From assembly GCA_021325355.1 (NCBI GenBank), contig JAJPHI010000009.1, forward strand, positions 387,144-451,143: a stretch of DNA of 64,000 nt, given 5' to 3'. This document shows, in pieces, positions 8,308-19,873 of the stretch. How positions within the stretch are numbered: position 1 is the stretch's first letter; every line of letters starts with the position of its first letter. Origin of the DNA: Pseudomonadota bacterium. Lineage in GTDB: Bacteria > Desulfobacterota > Binatia > Binatales > Binataceae. The translations under genes and the position numbers were made by a program. The notes under the pieces are model-generated. The model did no database searches and was not told the DNA's origin. It saw nothing but the letters and a program-made list of their open reading frames with translations.

Positions 8308-10683
8308 TTAACGATACATCTCGATAAGCGAAATCAGGCCCAGGTCGCGATATCGCTCTATGAGATATCCTTTGATGTCCTTTACGCTTGAGAGTTGCGA
8401 TACATCGTGCGCGATATGCCGCGCCGTCTGATAGCTCGACTCCTGAACCAATTTTCGGACCACCGGAATGAACAGCGGACTCAAGCTCAGTTGATCGAGT
8501 CCCATCCCCACCAGCAGCAGCGTCGCCAGCGGATCGCTGGCCATCTCCCCGCACAGACAGACTTCCTTGCCGGCGCCCCGCGCCACGTTGACCACTTCCG
8601 CAATCGCCGACAACACCGCCGGATGGAGCGGCTCGTAAAGATGCGCCACCTTGGGATTATTGCGATCGGCCGCGAGCAGATACTGCACCAGGTCGTTGGT
8701 GCCGATCGAAAAGAAATCCACCTCGCGGATAAGCCGCGGCGCCAGCCAGACCGCCGACGGCACCTCGACCATGATTCCCACCTCGATCGCCGGATTGTGC
8801 TCGAGCCCCTCCTTGAACAACTCGGCCTGGGCTTCGAGCAGAAGTTCGCGCGCGCGATGCAGTTCCTCGAGACTCGAAATCATCGGAAACAACACGCGCA
8901 CCTTGCGATGGGCCGCGGCGCGCAGGATGGCGCGCAACTGCACCTTGAAGATCCCCGCCAATTCCAGTGAGATCCGAATCGATCGCCAGCCGAGAAACGG
9001 ATTCTCCTCACGCGGCACGCGCAGATATGGCGGATACTTGTCCGCCCCGATATCCAGCGTGCGAATCGTCACCGTTCGCTCCCCTACCGCCTCGAGCATC
9101 CGCGTGTACAGCTCGATCTGCTGGTTTTCGTCGGGGAAATCCTCGTACGTCAGAAAGGAAAATTCCGAGCGCAGGAGCCCGATACCTTCCGCTCCGTAGC
9201 GCAGGGCCAGCCGCACGTCCGGCAGCAGCGCGATATTGGCCAGCATCTGTACCCGATGGCCGTCGCGGGTCTCCGCCGGCGCCTGCAACCCCGCCATCAG
9301 TTCGCGGCGGAAGGCCTCGTAGCGCTTGTGCTGCAACTGATACTCGCGCTCGACCTCCGCTGACGGATTGATGTAGAGCACCCCGGAGTTGCCGTCGAGC
9401 TCGAGCGCATCGCCTTCCGAAACCGCCTCCATCAGCCGCTCGACACCCACGATCGTCGGCAGTTCGAAGGCGCGCGCCAGAATCGCCGCGTGCGAGGTCA
9501 CGCCGCCCGACTGCAGCGCAATCCCCGCCAGATTCTCATGCGACACCAGCGCCATCTGCGACAGCGTCAGCTCCTCCGCCACCAGGATGGTCTTGCGGCT
9601 GAACGATCCGATACCCTCTTCCTGGCGCAGATGGCGCAAAACGCGATGGCCGACGTCGCGGAAATCCGTGGCGCGTTCGCGCAAATAGGCGTCGGCCACG
9701 GCCAGCATCTGGGCGCTCAGTTCGTCGATTACCCGGAACAGCGAACTCTCCGCCGCATATCCCTCCGCGATCGTATCGCGCACCCGCGAGATAAACTCCT
9801 CGTCCTCGAGGATCAGCCGATGCGCGTCGAAGATCTGCAGGTCGTTCTCGGCCATCAACGGCGCCATCCGCGCTTTCAACGCCGCCAGTTCACCGCGCGA
9901 GCGCACCAGCGCCTCTTCGAACCGTTTAAGCTCGACCTTCGGATCCCGCGCCCGCAGATTGCGATCAATCGTGCTCAGGAACGTGCCGACAACGTGCGCG
10001 ACCCCGTGAGCGAAGCCCGGCGCCGCCGGCAACCCGACCAGCCGCGGATGGCGCATCTTGATTGGCGGCGCGACCCGCGTCGCCCCCGCCACCCGCTCGT
10101 AACCCTTGAGCTGACGGTTCGCCTCGATCATCCGCCGCCGATACTCGTCGCGCTCCTTCTCCTTGGTGGCCAGCGTCTCGCGCAGTTGAAACTGCGACAT
10201 GATCGCCGCCAACTGCGCCGCCGCCGTCCGCAACAGGCGGATCGCCACCGTGCCGAACTTGCGTCGCCGCAGCGTCTGCACCGTCAGCACGCCAAGCGGT
10301 TTCTGCCGCGTCTCGGCGATCGGCACCGCGAGCAGCGTGTGATAGCGCTCCTCGCCGGTTTCCGGGAAATACTTGTACCGCGGATGGCTCATCGCGTCTT
10401 CGACGACCACCGGCTCGCCCCGCTCGATCACCAGACCCACCAGACCTTCGTTGACGCGGATCGACACGCGGCCGACCGATTCGCGATTGAGGCCCACCGT
10501 CGCGCGCAGCACCAGCCGTTCGCGCTGCGGATCGAACAGGTAGATCGAACAAACCTCGACCTCCATGCGGGCAGCGATCGTGGTGACGACGCGGTCGAGA
10601 GTCTGACGCAGGTCGGCCGAAGGATCGCCGCTAATCGCCGAAATGTCCTCGATCAGCGCGAGGCGGTCTCGATTGGCGGCCAT
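8308..10683 (-). CDS. ptsP: PEP-protein phosphotransferase with GAF domain (EI-Ntr)
   Basis: N-terminal GAF; GGVTSHAAILAR phospho-His motif; EENPFLGWR, SIGTNDL, CGEMA. Confidence 0.93.
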   Translation of the reverse strand: MAANRDRLALIEDISAISGDPSADLRQTLDRVVTTIAARMEVEVCSIYLFDPQRERLVLRATVGLNRESVGRVSIRVNEGLVGLVIERGEPVVVEDAMSHPRYKYFPETGEERYHTLLAVPIAETRQKPLGVLTVQTLRRRKFGTVAIRLLRTAAAQLAAIMSQFQLRETLATKEKERDEYRRRMIEANRQLKGYERVAGATRVAPPIKMRHPRLVGLPAAPGFAHGVAHVVGTFLSTIDRNLRARDPKVELKRFEEALVRSRGELAALKARMAPLMAENDLQIFDAHRLILEDEEFISRVRDTIAEGYAAESSLFRVIDELSAQMLAVADAYLRERATDFRDVGHRVLRHLRQEEGIGSFSRKTILVAEELTLSQMALVSHENLAGIALQSGGVTSHAAILARAFELPTIVGVERLMEAVSEGDALELDGNSGVLYINPSAEVEREYQLQHKRYEAFRRELMAGLQAPAETRDGHRVQMLANIALLPDVRLALRYGAEGIGLLRSEFSFLTYEDFPDENQQIELYTRMLEAVGERTVTIRTLDIGADKYPPYLRVPREENPFLGWRSIRISLELAGIFKVQLRAILRAAAHRKVRVLFPMISSLEELHRARELLLEAQAELFKEGLEHNPAIEVGIMVEVPSAVWLAPRLIREVDFFSIGTNDLVQYLLAADRNNPKVAHLYEPLHPAVLSAIAEVVNVARGAGKEVCLCGEMASDPLATLLLVGMGLDQLSLSPLFIPVVRKLVQESSYQTARHIAHDVSQLSSVKDIKGYLIERYRDLGLISLIEMYR

Positions 10684-10886
10684 GGTCTGCTTGGGTTCAG
10701 GTGATTCTATCCAGCGCCCCTTGATGGCACAACCTAAGGCGATCCGGCGCCGCGCCGCAAGCGCCGATCACCCCATGCCGCCACTTGCCCGACTCAGCGC
10801 CAGCGCGACCGCGCCGCTTACCCCGGCTTCGGCACCCCGATGACGCCAGCCAGGGTCGCCGCGCGCTACGGCGCGGAGCCGCCGAC

Positions 10887-11771
10887 TCAGCCGTCGAGGA
10901 AAATGCGCTCGAGATGCGACGTCAGCCGCGAGACGGCGCCGGCCACCGCGATCAAGCGACCGCCGGCGACCACCTTGAAGCGCGCCGCCGGCACCGCGAT
11001 ACCGTCCAGCGCGCGCGCATCGCCATGCCGCAAGCGCGCCGCCACGCCCTGGTCCACCTCCACCTCCGGCAGCGCCGACAGCGCCTCGCGCAGCGGGATT
11101 AGCGGCGCGGGCGCGCCGCCTTCAAGCACCTGCAGCACCCGCTCCAGCGGCGCCGCCGCATCGAGCGTAAAGCTGCCATTGCGCTCGCGCCGCAACTCCG
11201 CCAGATGCGCCACGGTGCCGAGCGCGAGACCGAGATCCCGCGCGAGCGCCCGCACGTACATCCCGGGTCCGCAGCTCACTCGAAAACGCAGCGATCGCCC
11301 GTCGGCCACGGCCAGCTCGAGCTGATTGATCCGCACCGTGCGCGGCGGATGCGGCGGCGCCTCGATCCCGCGCCGCGCGAGGCGATAGGAACGCACGCCG
11401 TCGCGCTTGATCGCCGAAAATGCCGGCGGCGTCTGCTCAATCGAACCGGTGAAGCGGCGCGCCGCCGCCGCCAGCAGTTCCGCGTCGATCCCGGGCACCG
11501 GCGCCTCGCGCGTCACCGCGCCGGTCGGATCGAGCGTGTCCGTCTCCGCCCCCAGCGCGATTAACCCGCTGTAGAGTTTTTCGCCTTCCTGCAGGAAAGG
11601 GGCGAGCTTCGTGCCCTCGCCCACGAGGATCGGCAGCACCCCCGTCGCGAACGGATCGAGCGTCCCCAGATGCCCGACCTTGGACCGCGACCCGAGACGT
11701 TTCCGAATCTTCCGCACCACCTCGGCCGAGCTCACGCCCGCGGGCTTGTCCACCACGATAACGCCGTCCAT
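10887..11771 (-). CDS. truB: tRNA pseudouridine(55) synthase
   Basis: DKPAG, KVGHLGTLDPFATGVL, QTPPAFSAIK; follows rbfA. Confidence 0.95.
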   Translation of the reverse strand: MDGVIVVDKPAGVSSAEVVRKIRKRLGSRSKVGHLGTLDPFATGVLPILVGEGTKLAPFLQEGEKLYSGLIALGAETDTLDPTGAVTREAPVPGIDAELLAAAARRFTGSIEQTPPAFSAIKRDGVRSYRLARRGIEAPPHPPRTVRINQLELAVADGRSLRFRVSCGPGMYVRALARDLGLALGTVAHLAELRRERNGSFTLDAAAPLERVLQVLEGGAPAPLIPLREALSALPEVEVDQGVAARLRHGDARALDGIAVPAARFKVVAGGRLIAVAGAVSRLTSHLERIFLDG

Positions 11772-11824
11772 TGCGGCCTCGACTCCGCTCCTGCGAGGTC
11801 TGCTGCGGGTTTGCGTGACCGGCG

Positions 11825-12190
11825 TCAGCCCGCCCCGGTCTTGGTCCGGCTCTCGCGCAACAGCCGCTCGACCCGCGCCGCGCTTTCCGGTCCCGGATCA
11901 AACTCGAAGATGAAGTCCGGCGTGTAGCGCAGCGCGAGCGCGTGCCCAATCTCACGGCGGATAAACCCGCTCGCGCTCTGAAAGCCCTTGATCGCTTCGC
12001 CAGCCTGCGCGCGCCCCTCGAGATGGGAAAAAAAGACCCGCCCGTGCCGCAGGTCGTCGCTCATCCGCACCCGCGTCAGCGAGACGCCGCGCAGACGCGG
12101 GTCGCGCAGGTCATGCACCAGCATCTCGGACAGTTCGCGTAAAACCATCTCCGCCACCCGTTCGGGCCGCCTGCCATCACCCTCAGCCAT
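11825..12190 (-). CDS. rbfA: 30S ribosome-binding factor A
   Basis: RRPERVAE, DPRL, LRYTPDFIFEFD; operon context. Confidence 0.95.
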   Translation of the reverse strand: MAEGDGRRPERVAEMVLRELSEMLVHDLRDPRLRGVSLTRVRMSDDLRHGRVFFSHLEGRAQAGEAIKGFQSASGFIRREIGHALALRYTPDFIFEFDPGPESAARVERLLRESRTKTGAG

Positions 12191-12296
12191 GATTTTGATT
12201 TTAACCGCCGCTAATCTCAGAGCCCAAGCGCCGCCAATTGCTTACGGGGCGAACGCGCAACGCGTCGTCAGGGCTCCCGACGCCGCTCCGCCGCGT

Positions 12297-12584
12297 CTAG
12301 TAATTGACGATCTCGAGCACCTCTTCGCCGAGCGGCGCGAGCCCCAATCCTTCGATAAAGCGCACCACCTCGCGCAGCGCGGCATCGACGAAATCGCGAT
12401 CGGTGCCGGCCTGGCAGATGCCCAGTTCGGCCCGCTGCCACATCTCGTGGCCCGCCGACTCGACGATCGAGACATTGAATTTGTTCCGCACCCGATCCTT
12501 GATCGCGCGCAGCACCTGGCGTTTGCCCTTCAGCGAATGGTTCTCCGGCAGAAAAAGCGTCAGCCGCAACACCCCGACGACCAT
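12297..12584 (-). CDS. DUF503 (YlxP) family protein
   Basis: HSLKGKRQVL...KFNVSIVE; conserved position between infB and rbfA. Confidence 0.9.
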   Translation of the reverse strand: MVVGVLRLTLFLPENHSLKGKRQVLRAIKDRVRNKFNVSIVESAGHEMWQRAELGICQAGTDRDFVDAALREVVRFIEGLGLAPLGEEVLEIVNY

Positions 12585-12639
12585 CGGCCTGTCTCGTCTC
12601 GCACCGAGCGGGAAATCGCCGAATGCCTGCGCCGCCGCC

Positions 12640-15600
12640 TTAGGGCTGCGGCTGCGCCGGCGCGCCCCGCGTCGCTTCGATCCGCGCCGGCTCGAGCTTG
12701 CGCAGCACGGTCTCCATCTCGAAGTCCTCGATAATGTCGCCCGGTTTCAGGTCGTTGAAGCTCTCGAGCCCGATGCCGCACTCGTAGCCGGCAAGCACTT
12801 CGCGGGCGTCGTCCTTGAAGCGCTTGAGGGAGGCGATCTTGCCCTCCCAGACCACGCGGCCGTCGCGCACCAGGCGCGCCCGCGCGCTCCGTTGCACCTT
12901 GCCGTCGAGCACCATCGCGCCGCCCACCGTGAGGCCGCCGACCACGAAGGTCTGCCGAATCTCGGCGCGGCCGAGCGCTTTTTCGCGATACGTCGGCGCG
13001 AGCAGCCCTTCCATCGCCTCCCGGATGTCGTTGATCACTTCGTAGATGATGGTGTAGAGGCGGATATCCACGCCTTCCTTTTCGGCCAGTTGCGCGGCTT
13101 TCGGTTCCGGCCGCACATTGAAGCCGATAATGATCGCCTTCGACGCCGACGCCAGCGTGACGTCGGTCTCCGAAATCGCGCCGACCGATTTATGGATGAT
13201 CTCGAGCTTCACTTCGCCGGTCGACAGCCGCACCAGCGAATCCGCCAGCGCTTCGACCGAGCCGTTGACGTCGCCCTTGATGATGATCCGCAGCTCCTTG
13301 ACTTCGCCGGCGAGCATCTTTTCGCTCAGCTCTTCGAGCGAGACCCGGCTGGTGCGCTGCAGCGCGCCCTCGCGCAGCCGCGAGCGCCGGAACTCCGCCA
13401 CCTGCCGCGCCTTCGATTCTTCTGCCACGGCCACGAACGCCGTTCCCGGCTCCGGCACGCCCGACAGTCCGAACACCTCGACCGGCGTCGACGGACCCGC
13501 TTCGGTGACGCGCTCGCCCAGATGGTTCTGCATCGCGCGCACGCGCCCGTAGGAGGTGCCGCAGACGAAGGCGTCGCCGGTATGCAGCGTGCCCTCCTGG
13601 ATTAGCACCGTGGCCACCGGCCCGCGCCCGCGATCGATCTGCGACTCGATCACCGCGCCGCGCGCCGCGCGGTTCGGGTTCGCCTTGAGCTCCATCACGT
13701 CGGCCTGCAGCATGATCATCTCGAGCAGCCGCTCGATCCCTTCGCCGGTGCGCGCCGATACCGGCACGACGATCGTGTCGCCGCCGTAGTCTTCGGGAAT
13801 CAGGCCGCGTTCGGTGAGCTGCTGCTTGACCCGGTCGATATTCGCTTCGGGCCGATCCACCTTGTTGATCGCGACGATAATCGGCACCCCCGCGGCCTTG
13901 GCGTGATTCAGCGCTTCGACCGTCTGCGGCATCACGCCCTCGTCGGCGGCCACCACCAGGATGACGATATCGGTCACCTTGGCGCCGCGCGCACGCATCG
14001 CGGTGAACGCCTCGTGCCCCGGCGTATCGACGAAGCTGATGCGCCGGCCGTGCACTTCGACCATGTACGCGCCGATATGCTGCGTGATTCCGCCGAACTC
14101 CCGTTCCGTCACGTTGGTATGCCGAATGGCGTCGAGCAGCGAGGTTTTGCCGTGATCGACGTGGCCCATCACGGTCACCACCGGCGGACGCGGCAGCGCT
14201 TCGCCAGGCGCCGCCTCGGCTTCCTCCTCGATGGCCGATTCCGCATCGAAGGCGACGTTTTCGACGCTGTAGCCGAACTCGCCGGCCACCAGCGTCGCGG
14301 TGTCGACGTCCAGCACCTGGTTCAGCGTGGACATCACGCCGAGCCCCATCAGTTGCTTGATGATTTCGGCCGCCTTTACGCCCATGTTGCGCGCCAGGTC
14401 GGCCACCGTCACGCCCTCGGTAATCCGCACCACGCGCTTCGAGGCTTTGGGCGTGGTGATCTCGGTCTTGCGCAGCTCCTTGCCGGGCAGCGCGCGCTTC
14501 TTGCGCGGCACCCGCAGTCCGCGCATCTCGCGCTCGGCGGCAATATCGGGCGCGCCCTTCTTGATGACTTTCTTCTTCTTGACCGGCCGCGCGCCCGGCT
14601 TCCCGCTGTCCGCCGGCGGCGGCGCAAACGCCTCGAGACTCGGCGGCGGCGCGCCGAACCGACGCTCACCCGGCCGCGGCGGCATCCCGGGCCGCTGCGG
14701 CCCGCCTGGTCGCGGCGGCATCCCGGGCCGGGGCACGCCGGCCGGACGCGCTCCGGTCGGCGCCGCCTTGGGCGCGGGCTTCCGCAAATCGATCTTGCCA
14801 AGCACTTTCGGCCCCGCCTGACCGTCGTCGAGGGTCGGCGCCGAAGGATGGGTCCGTCCGGTGAGATTGATCGTGCGTCCCGGCTCGAACGGCGGCCGCG
14901 GCTGGTCGCGGCCCGGTCCGGCAGCTCCGATCGCGCCGGTGCGATTCGCGCCCGCAGGTGTAAGGGGCGCGCGCGGCGACGTCGTCGTTCGCGGCGGTTG
15001 CGGGCGCGGCGGCAGCTCCACACGCTGCGGCTCGGCCGGCGGCTTCACGGCGCTCGCCGGCTTCGCTTCCGCCGGTTGCGGCGCGGCCGCCGCGGCTGAT
15101 GACGGCGCCGGCTCGGGCGCGGACGGCGGCGCTGACGGCGCAACTTCGGCCGCGGTCTCCTGACGCTCCTCGGCGCGGTCCGACGGGTGCGTCGGCGCGC
15201 TCATCTCGGCGTCGGCGCGCACCGCCGCGCCATTGCTGGCCTCCGGACGATCATTCGGCGCCGGGGCGGGCGCGACCTCAGCGGGCGTCGACGTTTCCGC
15301 CGGCGTCTCGACGTTCAACAGCGCGACCGGCGGCGGCTCCGGCAGATGCACCTCGGGCAGTTCCGGCGCGACCTGCAGCGGTTCGTCGAACAGCGGCGCG
15401 ACAAAACTTTCGCTCGGACTCGACGGCGCTTCCGCCTCGAACTGAAACGCCGGCGCATTCTCGGTCGGCGCTGACGGCGTCGGCTCGGTATGACGCCGGC
15501 GCATCACGGTCGCGTTCAGACGCTTCTCCAGCACCGTCCCCGCGCTGGTTTCGACCAGCGTCTCGCGCCGCAAGGCATTCACCCGATGGGCCCGGGCGTC

Positions 15601-15753
15601 GAGGTCGCTCTTGACGCGGTCGGCTTCTTCGCGCGACAGCAGGGCGGACTCGGATTGCGCGTGCGGCAACTCCAGGCGGCTGCAGCTCGCCAGTACGTCC
15701 TCGACCGATACACCCCATTCGTTGGCAAGGGTTTTTATTCGCTTACGCGCCAT
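12640..15753 (-). CDS. infB: Translation initiation factor IF-2
   Basis: [20 protein letters not shown]; long Pro/Ala-rich N-terminal region. Confidence 0.98.
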   Translation of the reverse strand: MARKRIKTLANEWGVSVEDVLASCSRLELPHAQSESALLSREEADRVKSDLDARAHRVNALRRETLVETSAGTVLEKRLNATVMRRRHTEPTPSAPTENAPAFQFEAEAPSSPSESFVAPLFDEPLQVAPELPEVHLPEPPPVALLNVETPAETSTPAEVAPAPAPNDRPEASNGAAVRADAEMSAPTHPSDRAEERQETAAEVAPSAPPSAPEPAPSSAAAAAPQPAEAKPASAVKPPAEPQRVELPPRPQPPRTTTSPRAPLTPAGANRTGAIGAAGPGRDQPRPPFEPGRTINLTGRTHPSAPTLDDGQAGPKVLGKIDLRKPAPKAAPTGARPAGVPRPGMPPRPGGPQRPGMPPRPGERRFGAPPPSLEAFAPPPADSGKPGARPVKKKKVIKKGAPDIAAEREMRGLRVPRKKRALPGKELRKTEITTPKASKRVVRITEGVTVADLARNMGVKAAEIIKQLMGLGVMSTLNQVLDVDTATLVAGEFGYSVENVAFDAESAIEEEAEAAPGEALPRPPVVTVMGHVDHGKTSLLDAIRHTNVTEREFGGITQHIGAYMVEVHGRRISFVDTPGHEAFTAMRARGAKVTDIVILVVAADEGVMPQTVEALNHAKAAGVPIIVAINKVDRPEANIDRVKQQLTERGLIPEDYGGDTIVVPVSARTGEGIERLLEMIMLQADVMELKANPNRAARGAVIESQIDRGRGPVATVLIQEGTLHTGDAFVCGTSYGRVRAMQNHLGERVTEAGPSTPVEVFGLSGVPEPGTAFVAVAEESKARQVAEFRRSRLREGALQRTSRVSLEELSEKMLAGEVKELRIIIKGDVNGSVEALADSLVRLSTGEVKLEIIHKSVGAISETDVTLASASKAIIIGFNVRPEPKAAQLAEKEGVDIRLYTIIYEVINDIREAMEGLLAPTYREKALGRAEIRQTFVVGGLTVGGAMVLDGKVQRSARARLVRDGRVVWEGKIASLKRFKDDAREVLAGYECGIGLESFNDLKPGDIIEDFEMETVLRKLEPARIEATRGAPAQPQP

Positions 15754-16057
15754 TGACGATTATTTTATCTCCGCGGACTGTGCCGAGCCATCCGGCCTTT
15801 ATCGTTTCCGTGATACGTCTGCGTTCCGCCATCCCGACGGGACTCTTGAGCGAGCGGAACGGCTTCAGCCTATGGCGTTCGAAGCGCTCGAGACAAGGCA
15901 GACTGCGATGCAGATAGCCGCCGCGCCCGGCGTGCCGCTGCGCGGCGTCGACCGTGGCGACGCCACCGACCAGCGCAACGCGCACCATGGCGCGCTTGAG
16001 GTCGCGCTCCGCGCAGCCGAGGCAGGTGCGCACCGCATTATGATTTCGCTTCGACAT
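15743..16057 (-). CDS. ylxR: YlxR/DUF448 RNA-binding protein
   Basis: RTCLGC...GRGGYLH; between nusA and infB. Confidence 0.85.
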   Translation of the reverse strand: MSKRNHNAVRTCLGCAERDLKRAMVRVALVGGVATVDAAQRHAGRGGYLHRSLPCLERFERHRLKPFRSLKSPVGMAERRRITETIKAGWLGTVRGDKIIVNGA

Positions 16058-17423
16058 CAGCGCTTTGCTCGACGGCGGCAGCGCCGTCCTCGATCGCGGT
16101 TTCGCTCGCCGTTCCATCCGCGGGCGTCTCCGTCGCACCGTCGGGTGCGGCCGACGCGGCCATCGCCGCTCTTTCCTCTTCCATGCGCCGGCGCGCCACC
16201 CATTCGCGCGCCGCGTGGATCACCTGGCGGGCCCGCTCGGGAGTGATACCTTCGACTTCGAAATTGTCCTCATTGGCTTCCGCCAACTGCTCGGCCGAAC
16301 GAAAACCCCACTGATAGAGCAGCTCGGCATTGATATCGCCGATTCCCGGAATGGCGTTGAGTGACGCGCGCGCCGCCCGCGCCTCCTCTTCGGCTTCGGC
16401 CTCGCTGCGCACATCGAGTTTCCAGCCGGCCAGACGATGGGCCAGGCGCACGTTCTGCCCGCGTTTGCCGATCGCCAAGGAAAGCTGGTCGTCCGGCACG
16501 ATCACCTCCATCGCGTGCTCGTCCTCGTCGATAATCACCTTCGAGACCTTGGCCGGGGCGAGCGCGCGACACACCAGCTCGGCCTGGTCGTCGGTCCACG
16601 GCACGATATCGATTTTCTCGCCGCGCAACTCCTGCACCACCGCCTGCACGCGCGTGCCCTTCATGCCGACACAGGCGCCGACCGGATCGACGTCGGCGTC
16701 CTTTGAATAGACGGCGACCTTGGCGCGCCCGCCGGGCTCGCGCGCGCACTGGCGAATTTCCACGATGCCCTCGTACATCTCCGGCACTTCCTGCTCGAAC
16801 AACTTGATAAGAAACAGGTTCGCCGTCCGCGAGAGCACGATCGAAAGCCCTTTTTCCGAAAGATCCACGTCCAGAATCAGCGCCCGGATGCGATCACCCT
16901 GGCGGTAGCGCTCGTGCGGAATCTGCTCCTTTTCCGGCAGAATCGCCTCGGTCCGCCCGAGATTCACAATCATGTTCTTGCGCTCGAAGCGCTGCACGAT
17001 CCCGGAAATGATCTCGCCCTTGCGATCCTTGAATTCGCCGTAAATCTGCCGTCGTTCGGCGTCGCGAATGTGCTGGATCAGATTCTGCTTCGCCGCCTGC
17101 GCGGCGATCCGACCCATCGTCGCCGTGTCCAGCTTGATAAGAATCTCGTCGCCGAGCTGCGCGTCCGGATCATATTTCTCATGCGCCAGCTCGAGGTCCA
17201 CTTCGGCGGCCGGGTTGGTCACCTGCTCGACCACGGTCTTGACCTCGAACAACTCGATTTCGCCCAGCTCGGTGTTGAAGCGCGACTCGATATTGCGGTC
17301 GGCGCCGAAGGTGCGCCGCGCCGCCGAATGCATCATCTCCTCGACCGCGCTGATTACGATCGACTTGTCGATGCCTTTTTCCTTCGAGACCTGCTCGATA
17401 ACGCGGTTCAGATCAACCGCCAT
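16038..17423 (-). CDS. nusA: Transcription termination/antitermination factor NusA
   Basis: GRIAAQAAKQ, S1 and KH domains, DPVGACVG, SLAIGKRGQNVRLA. Confidence 0.97.
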   Translation of the reverse strand: MAVDLNRVIEQVSKEKGIDKSIVISAVEEMMHSAARRTFGADRNIESRFNTELGEIELFEVKTVVEQVTNPAAEVDLELAHEKYDPDAQLGDEILIKLDTATMGRIAAQAAKQNLIQHIRDAERRQIYGEFKDRKGEIISGIVQRFERKNMIVNLGRTEAILPEKEQIPHERYRQGDRIRALILDVDLSEKGLSIVLSRTANLFLIKLFEQEVPEMYEGIVEIRQCAREPGGRAKVAVYSKDADVDPVGACVGMKGTRVQAVVQELRGEKIDIVPWTDDQAELVCRALAPAKVSKVIIDEDEHAMEVIVPDDQLSLAIGKRGQNVRLAHRLAGWKLDVRSEAEAEEEARAARASLNAIPGIGDINAELLYQWGFRSAEQLAEANEDNFEVEGITPERARQVIHAAREWVARRRMEEERAAMAASAAPDGATETPADGTASETAIEDGAAAVEQSADVEAKS

Positions 17424-17477
17424 GTCGCCTCCTGCGGGGTCTGCCACCCATCTCGTGCCTGGTGTCGCCCGCGCCGA

Positions 17478-17993
17478 TCAGTCGAACTGATGCTCATAGT
17501 TCGCGCCCTGGATTTCACCAAAGCCGATCACCTCGCGCGCCCCGCTCACGTCATCATCCAATTCAATGCCCTCGGCCGTCACTGAAGCCAGCACGCCGAT
17601 GAAGTTCTTGCGTCCGGCATGCGCCTCGCGCGTGCGCACCTTGATTCGCCGTCCGACGTACTCCTTGAAGTCTTTCAGTCTCATCAACGGCCGATTAATT
17701 CCCGGCGACGCCATCTCGAGCGTGTAGCGACCTTCAATCGGGTCATACACATCCAGCAGGTCCCCGACCAGCGGACTCAGTTGCTCGAGGTCATCCAGCG
17801 AAATGCCGCCGGCGGGTCGATCGACCAGGAGCCGCAACAGCGATTGCCGCGTCCCGCGGCGAAATTCGACCCCGATCAACTCAAAGCCCTGCCGCTCGAT
17901 ATGCGGCTCGATCAGTTCCGCGACCTTTCGCGCAACAGCATTAACCTGCACAACCATCACGGCGCTTAGCCCCGGCCCCTCGCCGAACGCCAA
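17478..17993 (-). CDS. rimP: Ribosome maturation factor RimP (start uncertain, probably about 17957)
   Basis: LDVYDPIEGRYTLEMASPGINRPL; first gene of the nusA-infB operon. Confidence 0.93.
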   Translation of the reverse strand: MAFGEGPGLSAVMVVQVNAVARKVAELIEPHIERQGFELIGVEFRRGTRQSLLRLLVDRPAGGISLDDLEQLSPLVGDLLDVYDPIEGRYTLEMASPGINRPLMRLKDFKEYVGRRIKVRTREAHAGRKNFIGVLASVTAEGIELDDDVSGAREVIGFGEIQGANYEHQFD

Positions 17994-18031
17994 CTCGATT
18001 CGCTGCCTCGCGGTGAGCGCTGGCTGCCAAT

Positions 18032-18053
18032 AAAAAATGGGCCATCAGCCCAT
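18032..18053 (-). promoter_or_regulatory. rimP-leader attenuator/terminator hairpin
   Basis: Minus strand ATGGGC-TGATG-GCCCAT followed by a T-run, upstream of rimP; matches the described GGGC...GCCC rimP-leader stem. Confidence 0.7.
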
Positions 18054-18222
18054 GACAAGCATCGTATCACCCAAAGCCGATTTTTCAAGGCGAGATTTCG
18101 CCCCTCTCGCCGCAACTCCGAGCGCCGCGCCGCCCGGCGGTTGACGAAGCCCACCGCTTCAGCAAATGCTAGCCCTTCGTTGAGAGTCCAGGCCTCTGCC
18201 AATCCGGATTTGAGGACCCACC

Positions 18223-18762
18223 ATGCGATGCGGACAATGCGGCGCTGACCTGGCCCAGGGCGCGACCTTCTGCTCGCGATGCGGCACGCGCGTGATGCAG
18301 CCGCGTCCCGCCGAAGTGCGCGAATACGCCCTCAGCCGCATCCTGCCCTCCTGGTGGCACTTCACGCGTGAGCTCCTCGTCGCCTTCGCCCTGTTCCTCG
18401 GTGGCGCTTACTGCCTCGGCGTCCCGCACCTGGACAACCGCGTCGGCCTCGCCCTGGTGCTGCTCGCCGTCGTGGTCTTCGGGATGGCCGCGCTGGCGCG
18501 CCGCTCAACCTCCTGGAGCCTGACCTCCGACCGTTTAATCGAGCGCCGCGGCACCTTCGCCAATCGCCGCCGCGAGATGGAACTCGCCGATGTTCGTTCG
18601 ATCGAGGTCGACCAGTCGTTTTTTCAACGGCTGCTCGGACTCGGCGATGTCGCCGTCGCCTCGGCCGCCAGCGCCGAATTCCTCATCCGCCTGAGCGACA
18701 TTCCCAACCCCGAAGAGGTCGCCGAGATGCTTCGACGGGCGCGCCTCAAACGCCTCGCCTGA
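18223..18762 (+). CDS. Zinc-ribbon + 2 TM + bacterial PH (bPH_2) domain protein
   Basis: CGQCG...FCSRCG; LTSDRLIERRG...QSFFQRLLGLGDV. Confidence 0.85.
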   Translation: MRCGQCGADLAQGATFCSRCGTRVMQPRPAEVREYALSRILPSWWHFTRELLVAFALFLGGAYCLGVPHLDNRVGLALVLLAVVVFGMAALARRSTSWSLTSDRLIERRGTFANRRREMELADVRSIEVDQSFFQRLLGLGDVAVASAASAEFLIRLSDIPNPEEVAEMLRRARLKRLA

Positions 18763-18815
18763 GCGCTCCCGGCAGCCGCCCTCGGCGCTGTCGCGCTGAT
18801 TGCCGCCGGCCCCAT

Positions 18816-19784
18816 TCAGCCAATCACGTTGATTGGATGGCCCGAGACGAAGGCGCGGACGTTGGCAATCGCGGTGGCCAGCAGGCGGGCGCGGGCTTCA
18901 CGCGTCGCCCACGCCATATGAGGCGTCACGAGACAGTTCCGCGCGCTCAGCAGCGGATTGTCGGCGGGTGGCGGCTCCGCCGAAAGCACATCGACGGCCG
19001 CTCCCGCCAACCGCCCTGAATTGAGCGCCGCGGCCAGGTCCTGCTCGACGATGAGCGGACCCCGCGCGACATTGAGCAGGATTGCCGTCGGCTTCATCAG
19101 GGCGAGGGCGCCGGCATTGATCAACCCGCGCGTCGCCGGGGTCAGCGGGCAGTGCAGACTGATAACGTCGCTTTCGTGAAACAGCTCATCGACGCTAACC
19201 CAGCGAAAACCCGGCCATTCAGGGGGATCGGCGCGCCGACCGCTCGACGCGATGACGCGCATCCCGAACGCCGCCGCAATCGCGCCGACGCGTCGCCCAA
19301 TTCGCCCCAAACCAACGATGCCGAGGGTTTTACCGGCCAGCTCAACCAGCGGCGTCCGCCAGAAGCAGAAGTCCGGCGCCCGTGACCATTCCCCAGCGCG
19401 AACGGCGTCGGCATGCATCGCCACCCGCTGGCAAAGCTCGAGCAGCAGGGCGAAGGTGAACTGGGCGACCGAGTCGGTGCCGTAGCTGGGGACGTTGGTG
19501 ACGACGATCGCCTGCGCGCGCGCCGCCGCGAGGTCCACCACGTCGTAGCCGGTCGCGAGCACCCCGATATAGCGCAGCGCCGGCAGTTGCGCGAGCGTCG
19601 CACCGCGCAGCGGGGTCTTGTTGGTCAGCACAATATCGGCGTCAGCGGCGCGCGCAACGATTTGATCAAGCGGCGTGCGTTCGTACACCTGCAACGGGCC
19701 CACGGCGGTAAGCGGCCCCCAATCGAGGTCGCCGGGGTTGAGCGCGAAGCCGTCGAGCACGACCAGTTTGTGCGCGGGGGTCAT
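18816..19784 (-). CDS. D-2-hydroxyacid dehydrogenase (glycerate dehydrogenase/HprA-like)
   Basis: VVLDGFALNPGDL, GLGRIG, HCPLT, NVARG, TPHMAW. Confidence 0.92.
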   Translation of the reverse strand: MTPAHKLVVLDGFALNPGDLDWGPLTAVGPLQVYERTPLDQIVARAADADIVLTNKTPLRGATLAQLPALRYIGVLATGYDVVDLAAARAQAIVVTNVPSYGTDSVAQFTFALLLELCQRVAMHADAVRAGEWSRAPDFCFWRTPLVELAGKTLGIVGLGRIGRRVGAIAAAFGMRVIASSGRRADPPEWPGFRWVSVDELFHESDVISLHCPLTPATRGLINAGALALMKPTAILLNVARGPLIVEQDLAAALNSGRLAGAAVDVLSAEPPPADNPLLSARNCLVTPHMAWATREARARLLATAIANVRAFVSGHPINVIG

Positions 19785-19873
19785 CTCGCGAAATCAAGCT
19801 TAAATCAGCGGTAGCTCAATAATTCGGGAGAAGCCGGGCGCCGGCAACTCCTGGTTGCGGCCGTCCCCGTCGA

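Noticed and set aside
14670..14735. Direct repeat CGCGGCGGCATCCCGGGCCG
   Set aside because: Encodes an RPGMPPR duplication in the low-complexity IF-2 N-terminus; not CRISPR or a mobile element.
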